IMG/VR virus record: IMGVR_UViG_3300028025_000091
Span: 64,001 to 128,000 of that record
Source: a virus
DNA: 64,000 nucleotides
Direction: 5' to 3' (one strand)
Within the stretch, counting starts at the first letter, position 1. Every line of letters begins with the position of its first letter. The notes beneath the pieces were generated by a model, which was not told the origin of the DNA, made no database searches, and saw nothing but the letters and a program-made list of their open reading frames with translations. The position numbers and the translations under genes were made by a program. This document shows, in pieces, positions 49,976 to 58,071 of the stretch.

Positions 49976-50215
49976 ATGAAAAAATTAGTATTAATATTAG
50001 CAGTATTAGGATTAACAAGTTGTGTTAATCAAATGGACCGTCTAAAAGACGCTCAAAAAAAGTATCCAAAATGTATTGTACAACCAACAACAAGTTTACT
50101 AGCCAGAGATGGATATGAAATTATGGTAGAAGATACCATCACTAATCAAATTTATGTATTGAGTTACTACTCATTTAGTACAACAAAAATTTCAAGTATC
50201 CGAAACATCAAGTAA
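49976..50215 (+). CDS. Small lipoprotein
   Basis: MKKLVLILAVLGLTSC lipobox. Confidence 0.7.
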   Translation: MKKLVLILAVLGLTSCVNQMDRLKDAQKKYPKCIVQPTTSLLARDGYEIMVEDTITNQIYVLSYYSFSTTKISSIRNIK

Positions 50216-50631
50216 TGGAACTACTAAACACACACCCAATTAAAAAATCCGATTTAGGTTTCCATGGAAATCTATTTGGTGGCAAATTACTATCATGGAT
50301 AGATGCTTCAGCTGCAGGTTATGCAATGCAACTTTGTGATACCCCGAGAATGGTAACAGTATCGATTGATCAATGCAACTTTGAGAAACCAGCCAAGGAA
50401 TCCCAACTATTAAAAATTTATGGATATCCAAAACGTGTAGGAAACAGCTCAATGACTCTTTATATGGAAGCAAGAGCCCATAATGTTTATACAGGCAAAC
50501 AGGATATTGTATTGAAAACAAACACTACATTTGTTCAGATTGATGAAGGTGGAAATTCAATCCCACTTGGTGAAAAAGCTAAAAAGAGAATTAATGGGAT
50601 GCTTGGAGAAAACTTGGTTTTTGAAAAATAA
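50215..50631 (+). CDS. Acyl-CoA thioesterase (hotdog fold, YciA-like)
   Basis: DL..HGNLFGGKLLSWID, VT.SID...F.KP, VG.SS, TFVQIDE.G. Confidence 0.88.
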   Translation: MELLNTHPIKKSDLGFHGNLFGGKLLSWIDASAAGYAMQLCDTPRMVTVSIDQCNFEKPAKESQLLKIYGYPKRVGNSSMTLYMEARAHNVYTGKQDIVLKTNTTFVQIDEGGNSIPLGEKAKKRINGMLGENLVFEK

Positions 50632-50642
50632 TTTTGTATATT
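50614..50642 (+). promoter_or_regulatory. Class I promoter TTGG-N19-TATATT
   Basis: TTGG at 50614, TATATT at 50637. Confidence 0.6.
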
Positions 50643-50663
50643 CCGGGTATAAAAATAAGAGTT

Positions 50664-50900
50664 ATGATATTTAGAAAAAAAACAAAAGCCAAATTTAAAT
50701 TATTCCTACGAAATTTAGGAATGCTTTGTAAAGGACCAACTGGATCCTCAAAACGAATTAGAATCTCCAAAACAGTTTACCCAGACAATACAGTTGTTGA
50801 ACATGGTTATATTACAGAAGTACCTCAAAACAAAGATTCATTTGCTTCCGAGTTGCATGTTTACAATGAAATTAAAAAATCCGTAAAGAAAAATAAATAA
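50664..50900 (+). CDS. Small basic hypothetical protein
   Basis: ATG in AAGAGTTATG context. Confidence 0.5.
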   Translation: MIFRKKTKAKFKLFLRNLGMLCKGPTGSSKRIRISKTVYPDNTVVEHGYITEVPQNKDSFASELHVYNEIKKSVKKNK

Positions 50901-50920
50901 ATCCCCTAAAAATAAAAGTT

Positions 50921-51244
50921 ATGAAAATCGAGAGAGAAAAAGTTATGAATTTGTTAAAGCCGGCTATGAACCTTATTATTGTAGCAGCTGTTGGAACAGC
51001 TATGTTCCGTTTAGGAATTGCTTATCAATCACATGAAAGCAAAGAAAATATCAAAGTAGATAACCCATATGCACACGCATTTTCCCCTGAGGAAATTTCA
51101 ATCGCAGTTAACGAATCAAACGAGTTGATCATGATTGAACGTTCAACTGGAAAATACATTGTATATTCAGATCAAATTGGCCAAACCATCTTTGGAATGT
51201 ATGCCAATCGTATTCACCAAGAGGTAACTAATGTTAGTAAATAG
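50921..51244 (+). CDS. Membrane-anchored hypothetical protein
   Basis: One N-terminal TM segment; overlaps the SLT gene. Confidence 0.6.
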   Translation: MKIEREKVMNLLKPAMNLIIVAAVGTAMFRLGIAYQSHESKENIKVDNPYAHAFSPEEISIAVNESNELIMIERSTGKYIVYSDQIGQTIFGMYANRIHQEVTNVSK

Positions 51245-51752
51245 TATCAAAATCGGTATTGTAGCGGGGGCAGTTATTGCCACCGCTCTTACTGTTACTG
51301 AACCGGAAGTTCAAGCAACTCAAGACGTGCGCATTCCGGACAGTATCGATCAAAGTTCACCCCCATGTCTGCAGATGTATGAGTACATTAAAGCATACGC
51401 TGATACGTTTGATATTCCATTAAATTATGCATTTGGAATAGCATATTGTGAAACAAGATATGAAGGTCCATTTCAGTGGAAATATAACCCTGCCCAAACC
51501 TCCCCTACAGGTGCTGAAGGACCAATGCAAATTTTGCTTTCAACAGCACGTTACTTAAACAAAGATAAAGTTTCACGTGAACGTTTACGTACTGACATTG
51601 GGTATAACGTGAAAACTTCAATGGGTTATTTAAGACGTTTATACAATCGTTACAAAAGTTGGCCAATTGTGTTTGGATACTACAATACAGGTTACCCTAG
51701 AGTAAATGATTATGCAAGAAAAGTTGTAAATTTTAAAATGAATTGGATATGA
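51231..51752 (+). CDS. Lytic transglycosylase (SLT) with N-terminal anchor
   Basis: IAYCET, SPTGA.GPMQI...TA, YL..L, YYNTG. Confidence 0.85.
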   Translation: MLVNSIKIGIVAGAVIATALTVTEPEVQATQDVRIPDSIDQSSPPCLQMYEYIKAYADTFDIPLNYAFGIAYCETRYEGPFQWKYNPAQTSPTGAEGPMQILLSTARYLNKDKVSRERLRTDIGYNVKTSMGYLRRLYNRYKSWPIVFGYYNTGYPRVNDYARKVVNFKMNWI

Positions 51753-51997
51753 AAGAAGTAGTTTGTATAAACGATAAAAACCTACCTGAAGGTGCAGCAG
51801 TAGTAAAGGGTAGAGAATATAATGTAGTAGAAGAATTTATAAACAACTATGACCAGCGAGTTTATATCATTGAAGGTATTGTAAATGAAGGTACTACTAA
51901 AATGGGATTACGTTGGGTTGGATATGATGCATCTCGATTTGCAATCCCCGAAACATTAATGGAAGAAACTTACGAACACGCATACGCAGAAGCTTAA
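51749..51997 (+). CDS. Hypothetical protein
   Basis: VVCINDK...G..Y.V small beta-rich ORF. Confidence 0.6.
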   Translation: MKEVVCINDKNLPEGAAVVKGREYNVVEEFINNYDQRVYIIEGIVNEGTTKMGLRWVGYDASRFAIPETLMEETYEHAYAEA

Positions 51998-51998
51998 T

Positions 51999-52796
51999 AT
52001 GAAAAAAGTAAAAATTAGTCACGAGGTACCATTTTGCCTCTTAGAACAAAGTAGAAAATTTAACGACTACGATTATTGTTTACCCCACTTGATGGACGAA
52101 AATGAAGAATATCGCAACTTCTTCTACGAATCAAAGAAAATGGGTCGATATATTGTAATGGACAATTCACTCCATGAACTAGGTGAAGCATACAATACAG
52201 AACGTTTAATGCACTGGATTGGAGAAATCAAACCAAATGAATTCATAGTTCCAGATGTATGGGAGAACTATGCTGAGTCAGTTAGAAATGCAAAACAATG
52301 GGCTCAAGTAGAATTACCAGACGGAGTAACTAAAGTAGCAGTAGTACAAGCAAAATCAATGTATGAAGCAGGATTATGTGTTCAAGCATATCGTGATTTT
52401 GGATACAAGAAAATTGCATTTTCATATGGTGCAGAATACTACCACAGTGAAATGTGTCCACATCCAAACAAAGATTTAGGTAAAGCAATTGGTCGTTACA
52501 TGGTTTTATCAACTTTCCAAAACAATAAAACACTTTTGCCAAACGATAGAGTACATTTGCTTGGAACCGCATCCCCAATTGAATTTGGAATGTATAAAAA
52601 TATGCCATTTATTGAATCAATTGATACTTCAAATCCAATTATGGCAGCAATTGGTGAAATGCCTTATACAAAAATGGGGTTATATCAAAAACCACTTGCA
52701 AACATGAACAAATACCAAGATATAAGCATTGATTTTGTAAACGAAGATCTTATAGAATACAATGTTGAAATGTTTCGTACAATAAATGGACTCTAA
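51999..52796 (+). CDS. tRNA-guanine transglycosylase-like TIM-barrel protein (candidate DpdA)
   Basis: IVMDNS, IVPDV, AVVQ, VHLLG, SIDTS motifs of the TGT fold; near queC/D/E. Confidence 0.65.
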   Translation: MKKVKISHEVPFCLLEQSRKFNDYDYCLPHLMDENEEYRNFFYESKKMGRYIVMDNSLHELGEAYNTERLMHWIGEIKPNEFIVPDVWENYAESVRNAKQWAQVELPDGVTKVAVVQAKSMYEAGLCVQAYRDFGYKKIAFSYGAEYYHSEMCPHPNKDLGKAIGRYMVLSTFQNNKTLLPNDRVHLLGTASPIEFGMYKNMPFIESIDTSNPIMAAIGEMPYTKMGLYQKPLANMNKYQDISIDFVNEDLIEYNVEMFRTINGL

Positions 52797-52815
52797 TTTG
52801 GAGTCCATATTTTAT
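52786..52815 (+). terminator. Hairpin / terminator overlapping a class I promoter (TTGG 52798, TATATT 52821)
   Basis: atggactct...ggagtccat followed by an A/T tract. Confidence 0.55.
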
Positions 52816-52843
52816 TTTAGTATATTTATACAAACAATAAGTT

Positions 52844-53101
52844 ATGGAATATTTAAGTTTATATGATTACCTAAAAAGACCCGCAGGTGGTGAATTAGGT
52901 AGAGAAGTAGCACAAGCAGCTAGTAAAGCAGGTGTTAAATTAGAAACTCGAGAGGTTTCAACCCCAAATTATACAGGAATAGTATATTTGTATCCTAATG
53001 ATTTCTTAGATTTTTATTTTAGAGAACCTGATTCAAATCTAATGGATGAATTACCTGGAGAATTAAATTATAATATTGGAGACGACGATTTACCATTTTA
53101 A
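52844..53101 (+). CDS. Small protein with SSB-like acidic tail
   Basis: Ends GDDDLPF. Confidence 0.65.
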   Translation: MEYLSLYDYLKRPAGGELGREVAQAASKAGVKLETREVSTPNYTGIVYLYPNDFLDFYFREPDSNLMDELPGELNYNIGDDDLPF

Positions 53102-53110
53102 TAAAAAAAT

Positions 53111-53959
53111 ATGAAACACGTAGTAGTATCCTTATCTGGAGGGATGGATTCCTCCACATTGTTACTTCGTTGCTTGAAAGAGTACGATACCGTAACAGCA
53201 ATTTCATTTGACTATGGTCAAAAACATCGAGTTGAGCTTGAACGTGCTCAATCGTTGGTAGATTATATTAATCATATTAATTCTGCCTATTCATCAATTC
53301 GTTATCGTCAAATCCAATTAAATGGATTAGTTGATCTTTTAGATTCAGCTCTGGTAACAGGTGGAGATGATGTACCTGAAGGACATTATGCTGAAGAAAA
53401 CATGAAAGCAACAGTTGTTCCAAATAGAAACAAAATATTTGCTTCAATCGTACAAGCAGTTGCACTTTCAGTAGCAAATAAAACAGGAGAAAATTGTGAT
53501 ATTGCAATGGGAATCCATGCAGGTGATCATGCAATTTACCCTGATTGCCGACAAGAATTTAGAGATGCAGACGACCATGCTTTTAGAATGGGGAATTGGG
53601 ATGCAGAGCGAGTAGGTTACTTTACACCATACCTTGAAGGTGATAAATTTACCATCTTACAAGATGGAGAAGTATTATGTGGTGAATTAGGTTTAGACTT
53701 TAATGAAGTATATAAACGTACAAACACTTCATACAAACCAATTTTCCTTAATTTAGCATTTGTAAATAATGAAGATGAAATAGTTGATTGTTCAGATTGG
53801 TTCTCTGATTATAAATCAGCAAGTTCCGTGGAGCGAGTAGAGGCCTTTATTAAATTAGGAAGACCTGATCCCGCAGGATATGCAGATGAAGAAGGTCCTG
53901 TAAGTTGGGAACATGTAGTAACAGAAGTAACAAAAGTACTAGAAAACCATGAAGGATAG
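53111..53959 (+). CDS. queC: 7-cyano-7-deazaguanine synthase
   Basis: SLSGGMDS, FDYGQKH..E, TVVPNRN, GIHAGDHAIYPDCR.EF. Confidence 0.95.
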   Translation: MKHVVVSLSGGMDSSTLLLRCLKEYDTVTAISFDYGQKHRVELERAQSLVDYINHINSAYSSIRYRQIQLNGLVDLLDSALVTGGDDVPEGHYAEENMKATVVPNRNKIFASIVQAVALSVANKTGENCDIAMGIHAGDHAIYPDCRQEFRDADDHAFRMGNWDAERVGYFTPYLEGDKFTILQDGEVLCGELGLDFNEVYKRTNTSYKPIFLNLAFVNNEDEIVDCSDWFSDYKSASSVERVEAFIKLGRPDPAGYADEEGPVSWEHVVTEVTKVLENHEG

Positions 53960-54128
53960 TTGTATTATAGACTGGGAATTATACCAAAAAGTTATGGCAA
54001 AGAAAAGAACAATTAAAGTATGTACCGGGATTGGATTGAATATGTTTTTTCCCGAATACATTACTATCGAATTAACCGATATAGATACAGAAATTAAAAC
54101 ACCTAAAAAAACAAAGAAAAATGGGTAG
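53949..54128 (+). CDS. Small hypothetical protein (59 aa, not in ORF track)
   Basis: Translated by hand: MKDSCIIDWELYQKVMAKKRTIKVCTGIGLNMFFPEYITIEL...; overlaps the queC stop and queD start. Confidence 0.45.
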   Translation: MKDSCIIDWELYQKVMAKKRTIKVCTGIGLNMFFPEYITIELTDIDTEIKTPKKTKKNG

Positions 54129-54606
54129 ATATATTAGCACAAAATTATTTGAAAATTATTCCGTTGCACTTAGACAATGGAGAGCATCTCACTCACATTG
54201 TGAATTGTTACATGGTTATGCTTTGAAATTCAAAGTATGGTTTGCTTCAAACGAACCGCTAGAGGAAAACCAATTAGATGACATGAACTGGATCGTTGAT
54301 TACGGTGGGTTCAAAGATGCACCTAAAGGTAATGGTTTGAAATCTTGGATGAATTATATGTGGGATCACACATTGTTGATCGAGAAGGACGATCCATACT
54401 TAGACTTTTTCGAATCGGCAGCAATGGAAGGTTTATGCGCACTTCGAGTAATGGACAAAATGGGCGCAGAATCATGTGCTAAATTAGTGTTTGATCATTT
54501 TAACGACGTTTTAGCCAAAACAGACGCCGGAAGATGCAAAGTAATTAAAGTAGAATGTTTCGAAAACGACAATAACTCTAGTATTTATGAAGAAACGGAA
54601 GCCTAA
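54121..54606 (+). CDS. queD: 6-carboxy-5,6,7,8-tetrahydropterin synthase
   Basis: HC..LHGY, W.VDYG, WDH, AE, E...NS. Confidence 0.9.
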   Translation: MGRYISTKLFENYSVALRQWRASHSHCELLHGYALKFKVWFASNEPLEENQLDDMNWIVDYGGFKDAPKGNGLKSWMNYMWDHTLLIEKDDPYLDFFESAAMEGLCALRVMDKMGAESCAKLVFDHFNDVLAKTDAGRCKVIKVECFENDNNSSIYEETEA

Positions 54607-54718
54607 ACAACTTAAACCTGTTCCTCCAATTACAATAGGACCATTTAGTCCTAGAGTAGCAAAAATTCTTACAGATGCTGATAAAGAATATCAAAAAAAT
54701 AGAAAAGATGAACAATAG
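54587..54718 (+). CDS. Small basic hypothetical protein (43 aa, not in ORF track)
   Basis: MKKRKPKQLKPVPPITIGPFSPRVAKILTDADKEYQKNRKDEQ; overlaps the queD end. Confidence 0.35.
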   Translation: MKKRKPKQLKPVPPITIGPFSPRVAKILTDADKEYQKNRKDEQ

Positions 54719-54814
54719 CTATTACACAACAACCACCACTTTTGGTGACATTAAATTCACTTATATATTTTAACAAAATAGCGACTTTGGTGCGTTTTTA
54801 CCATATGTATAATC

Positions 54815-55396
54815 ATGGAACGCACCAAAATTTACTATCTACATTACGGAAATAATGTACCAATTTATGTAGGAAAATCTAATAGAATCCAAGGTAGAAT
54901 ATCTAATCATAGAAAAAATTTCGGAAAAGATATTATAGCTGAAGTGTTAGATGATGTACCTTTACATGAATGGAAGTTTTGGGAGTGTTTTTGGATAGAA
55001 CAATTTAAACAATGGGGGTATGTTCTTTCAAACAAAAACAATGGTGGTGGAGGAGCTACTAAACAAAATTTTTCCCCTATTAGAAGTCAAAAAATAAGTA
55101 AAGCTAGACTAGGTAAACCTATGCCCCATAAAGGAAAAAAATTCACAGAAGAGCATAAAGAGAAAATTAAATCTACTCGAGGTTTTCTCCAATCCCGCCC
55201 AAATACTTGGACAAATCAACCAGTTCTTCAATATAATTTAGATGGAACTTTTATAAGGGAATTTGGTTCCCAATTAGAAGCTTCGTATTTTTTACAGGTA
55301 AAAGGAGATGGAGTTGGAGCCTGTTGTAGAGGTAAACAAAAATCTGCTTATGGTTACATATGGAAATTTAAAAATATAAAACAACAAGAACAATGA
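54815..55396 (+). mobile_element. Free-standing GIY-YIG-type homing endonuclease with NUMOD3/NUMOD1-like regions
   Basis: KIY...IYVGKS..R..H, E.FWI, N.N.GG; HKGKKFTEEHKEKI; PVLQYNLDG.FI.EF...GYIWKF; ATATGTATAA motif at 54803. Confidence 0.8.
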
Positions 55397-55596
55397 AGAC
55401 AAAATTTTTACAAAGTGTAGAGAGATACACAAACACGAAAGGAAAAACAGGTTACAAAGCTATTTATAGCAATGGAATTGATTTTCAAACATTATTCTTC
55501 CCAATTAGAAATGGAGTAGATGTTATTAATATTCCTTCAATTATTAACTCAGTTCAAACAATAGATGATTTAGAAGCTATTGGAGCAGAACTTTAA
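55393..55596 (+). CDS. Small hypothetical protein
   Basis: 67 aa, flanked by junction motifs. Confidence 0.6.
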   Translation: MKTKFLQSVERYTNTKGKTGYKAIYSNGIDFQTLFFPIRNGVDVINIPSIINSVQTIDDLEAIGAEL

Positions 55597-55608
55597 AAAA
55601 CAAGAACA

Positions 55609-55836
55609 ATGAAAGAGAAACAATTAACAGCAGTAGAACAAGCAGCAGTTGCTTTAAGATTATGGTCAAATGCTTGGAGGGAATTTGATAAGACAGGTAA
55701 AAATAAACCTGAATCATTTGAAAAAGTAATTGAACCGTTTATTAAAATGGAGAAGGAGTCACTCCAGGAATCCTATGTTAATGGATATGCAAAAACCAAA
55801 AAGATGCTTATACAATTTAAACAACAAGAACAATGA
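55609..55836 (+). CDS. Small hypothetical protein
   Basis: 75 aa; QLTAVE start; ends FKQQEQ. Confidence 0.6.
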   Translation: MKEKQLTAVEQAAVALRLWSNAWREFDKTGKNKPESFEKVIEPFIKMEKESLQESYVNGYAKTKKMLIQFKQQEQ

Positions 55837-56081
55837 AAGAAATCCTTTATTTCTCAGCCAGCTGGTGTATGCCTTGTAAACGCTTCAAACCAGTTATGGA
55901 ACAGGTAGGACAAAGTATACCTGTACGATTTGTAAATGTAGATGAAGACCCTCAATTGTCTTCCCAATACAATATCAGAAGCGTACCTACATTGGTATTT
56001 TTAAAAGACGGACAAGAAGCAGACAAATCAATCGGAGTTTTAACGGAATCACAAGTAAAAGAAAAATGGAATCTACTTTAG
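55833..56081 (+). CDS. Thioredoxin
   Basis: FSASWCMPCK, VNVDE, IRSVPT. Confidence 0.92.
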   Translation: MKEILYFSASWCMPCKRFKPVMEQVGQSIPVRFVNVDEDPQLSSQYNIRSVPTLVFLKDGQEADKSIGVLTESQVKEKWNLL

Positions 56082-56848
56082 GAAGAATAGAAGATTATAA
56101 CAAAACGTTACCTATTATAGAATTGTATCGTTGCGTTCAAAGCGAGGGATCTCGTTTTGGACGCCCAACGATTGCAGTTCGCACAACAGGTTGTACTCAC
56201 CGTTGCTACTTTGGTGAAGGGGGTTGGTGTGATTCTTGGTACACAAGCATCCACCCCGAGAAAGGAACATTCAACTTTAACGATATTATTCGTATTTATG
56301 ATGAAAACCCACATATCAAAGAAATGATGCTAACGGGTGGTTCACCTACTATGCATCCTAAATTGGTTAATGAATTAACACATTTTGCACATGAAAGAGG
56401 TATTCTCATTACTATTGAAACCGAAGGTTCTCATTTCCTCGCTACTGACTATCCTATATCTCTTATTAGTCTCAGTCCTAAGTTTAGCAATAGTGTTCCC
56501 GTTGTGGGTGTTGCCACGCCGAATGGTTCTATTACGGATGAGAAGATGGTTACCCAACATAACAAACATCGATTAAAATTAGATACAATCAAACAAACAC
56601 TGGAATACCACTCAGATTATCACTATAAACCAGTTTGGGATGGTACAGAAGAAAATCTAAATGAAATTGAAACATTCCGCTTAGCATTAGATATCCCTAA
56701 AGACAAAACCTATATCATGCCCGCTGGCGATACAAGAGAAGAATTAATTAAAATGTATCCACTTGTATTTGATATGTGTGCTGAAAAAGGATACAACATG
56801 ACAGGAAGAGATCATATTATTGCATTTGACACTAAAAGAGGAGTATAA
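56066..56848 (+). CDS. queE: 7-carboxy-7-deazaguanine synthase (radical SAM)
   Basis: VQSEG...GRP, GCTHRC...WCDS, LTGGSP, IETEGS, SLSPK. Confidence 0.92.
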   Translation: MESTLGRIEDYNKTLPIIELYRCVQSEGSRFGRPTIAVRTTGCTHRCYFGEGGWCDSWYTSIHPEKGTFNFNDIIRIYDENPHIKEMMLTGGSPTMHPKLVNELTHFAHERGILITIETEGSHFLATDYPISLISLSPKFSNSVPVVGVATPNGSITDEKMVTQHNKHRLKLDTIKQTLEYHSDYHYKPVWDGTEENLNEIETFRLALDIPKDKTYIMPAGDTREELIKMYPLVFDMCAEKGYNMTGRDHIIAFDTKRGV

Positions 56849-57045
56849 TGAAAAGAGAAACACCAATGAAAAGACCAAAACGTAAAGAAAAACACCTCCA
56901 TATGGTTACTTGGGATGGTACACGTTATGAATCAATTAACATGCCTGATTATTTAGCAGATGACTATGTTAGAGAGTTTGATTTAGTACATACCCCAAAA
57001 ACTATTGAATTAAAGGAATGGATTAATAAAAAAACCAGGAAGTAG
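56848..57045 (+). CDS. Small hypothetical protein
   Basis: 65 aa, TAATG-coupled to queE. Confidence 0.5.
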   Translation: MKRETPMKRPKRKEKHLHMVTWDGTRYESINMPDYLADDYVREFDLVHTPKTIELKEWINKKTRK

Positions 57046-57086
57046 ATAATTATCCGTTAGGTATCTGATATGTATAATAAAAACAG

Positions 57087-58058
57087 ATGCCTACATATCC
57101 TTTTTTAACCCGAGCGTATGGACCTAATGCAAAAGGATCTACACTAACATGGGAAGATTTAGATAATAGTTTATTATTCCTCTCAGAATCTATCAATGAA
57201 CTTAATTTTGAACCATTATCAGGTTCAAATTATCTTTTTGTAGAAGCAAATAGTACACCAACTCAAAATGGTTTATCACTATCTGCTTCTTACGCTCAAG
57301 CAAAAGCTAGTTCCCCATCAGCTACAAATAGAATTTCTATTTTAGTTAGTCCTGGTGAATATACTTTTGCCTCTACTTTTACTTTAAATACTCAATATAT
57401 TGATGTAGTATCTCTTACAGGTGAATGTGATGTATTAGTAACTGGTAGTGGTACTATTCAAATCGGTGCAAACGATGTTTATGTAAGAGGTATTGATGTT
57501 GATGTTAAAAACTTTACTATAACAGCAAGTTTACCTTTACTTAAAGTAAAAAATTGTAAAGGTGGAGATTTCAGTTTTGGAGGCTATCCAGACCCAACAA
57601 CAGGAGGTACTCCTTCTCCTGGATACACTGTTGTAGGAACATTTATAGACTGTGAAGGTGGGAATATTAGCTTTGCCGGTAATGGATCAGCATATGGTAC
57701 TTTTATAAATTGTACTGCAGGTAGTGGTTCATTTGGTAATTATTGTGATGGTACATTTATAGATTGTATTGCTGGTGATTCTAGTTTCGCTACTCTTGGA
57801 GATATTGAAGGAGGAACTTTAGAAAATTGTGTTGGTGGGGCAGATAGTTTTGCCTCTGTTGGAAATATATCTGAATCTATTCTTAGAAACTGTACAGGTG
57901 GACAAAATAGTTTTGCTTTCAACACCAATATTTCCGGAATATTACAAGATTGCAGATTAACAAATGGAAGTTTTTCCTCAACTGGTACAAATATTGCCCC
58001 TGGAGGTCAATTAATTACATGCATTAACTCAGATAACACTCCTATAACATACCCATAA
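57087..58058 (+). CDS. Virion/fibre-like protein with beta-helix repeats
   Basis: N-terminal KGS.LTW..LD.; ILVSPGEY; repeats GTFI(D/N)C.(A/G)G..SF. Confidence 0.6.
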   Translation: MPTYPFLTRAYGPNAKGSTLTWEDLDNSLLFLSESINELNFEPLSGSNYLFVEANSTPTQNGLSLSASYAQAKASSPSATNRISILVSPGEYTFASTFTLNTQYIDVVSLTGECDVLVTGSGTIQIGANDVYVRGIDVDVKNFTITASLPLLKVKNCKGGDFSFGGYPDPTTGGTPSPGYTVVGTFIDCEGGNISFAGNGSAYGTFINCTAGSGSFGNYCDGTFIDCIAGDSSFATLGDIEGGTLENCVGGADSFASVGNISESILRNCTGGQNSFAFNTNISGILQDCRLTNGSFSSTGTNIAPGGQLITCINSDNTPITYP

Positions 58059-58071
58059 TTTAAATAAGAAT

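Larger units (their letters stand above)
55379..55836 (+). repeat. Junction motif (TTT)AAACAACAAGAACAATGA, cluster 2 (55379, 55592, 55816)
   Basis: Copies at 55379-55396, 55592-55612 (one mismatch) and 55816-55836; each supplies the next gene's ATG. Confidence 0.9.

Noticed and set aside
54708-54773. 21-aa ORF MNNSYYTTTTTFGDIKFTYIF as a Thr-sensing leader peptide
   Set aside because: No attenuator hairpins or amino-acid biosynthesis genes downstream; too short to support a call.
23928-55836. CRISPR array interpretation of the 21-bp motif
   Set aside because: Intervening sequences are 200-600 bp ORFs of unequal length, the motif is not palindromic, and no cas genes are present.
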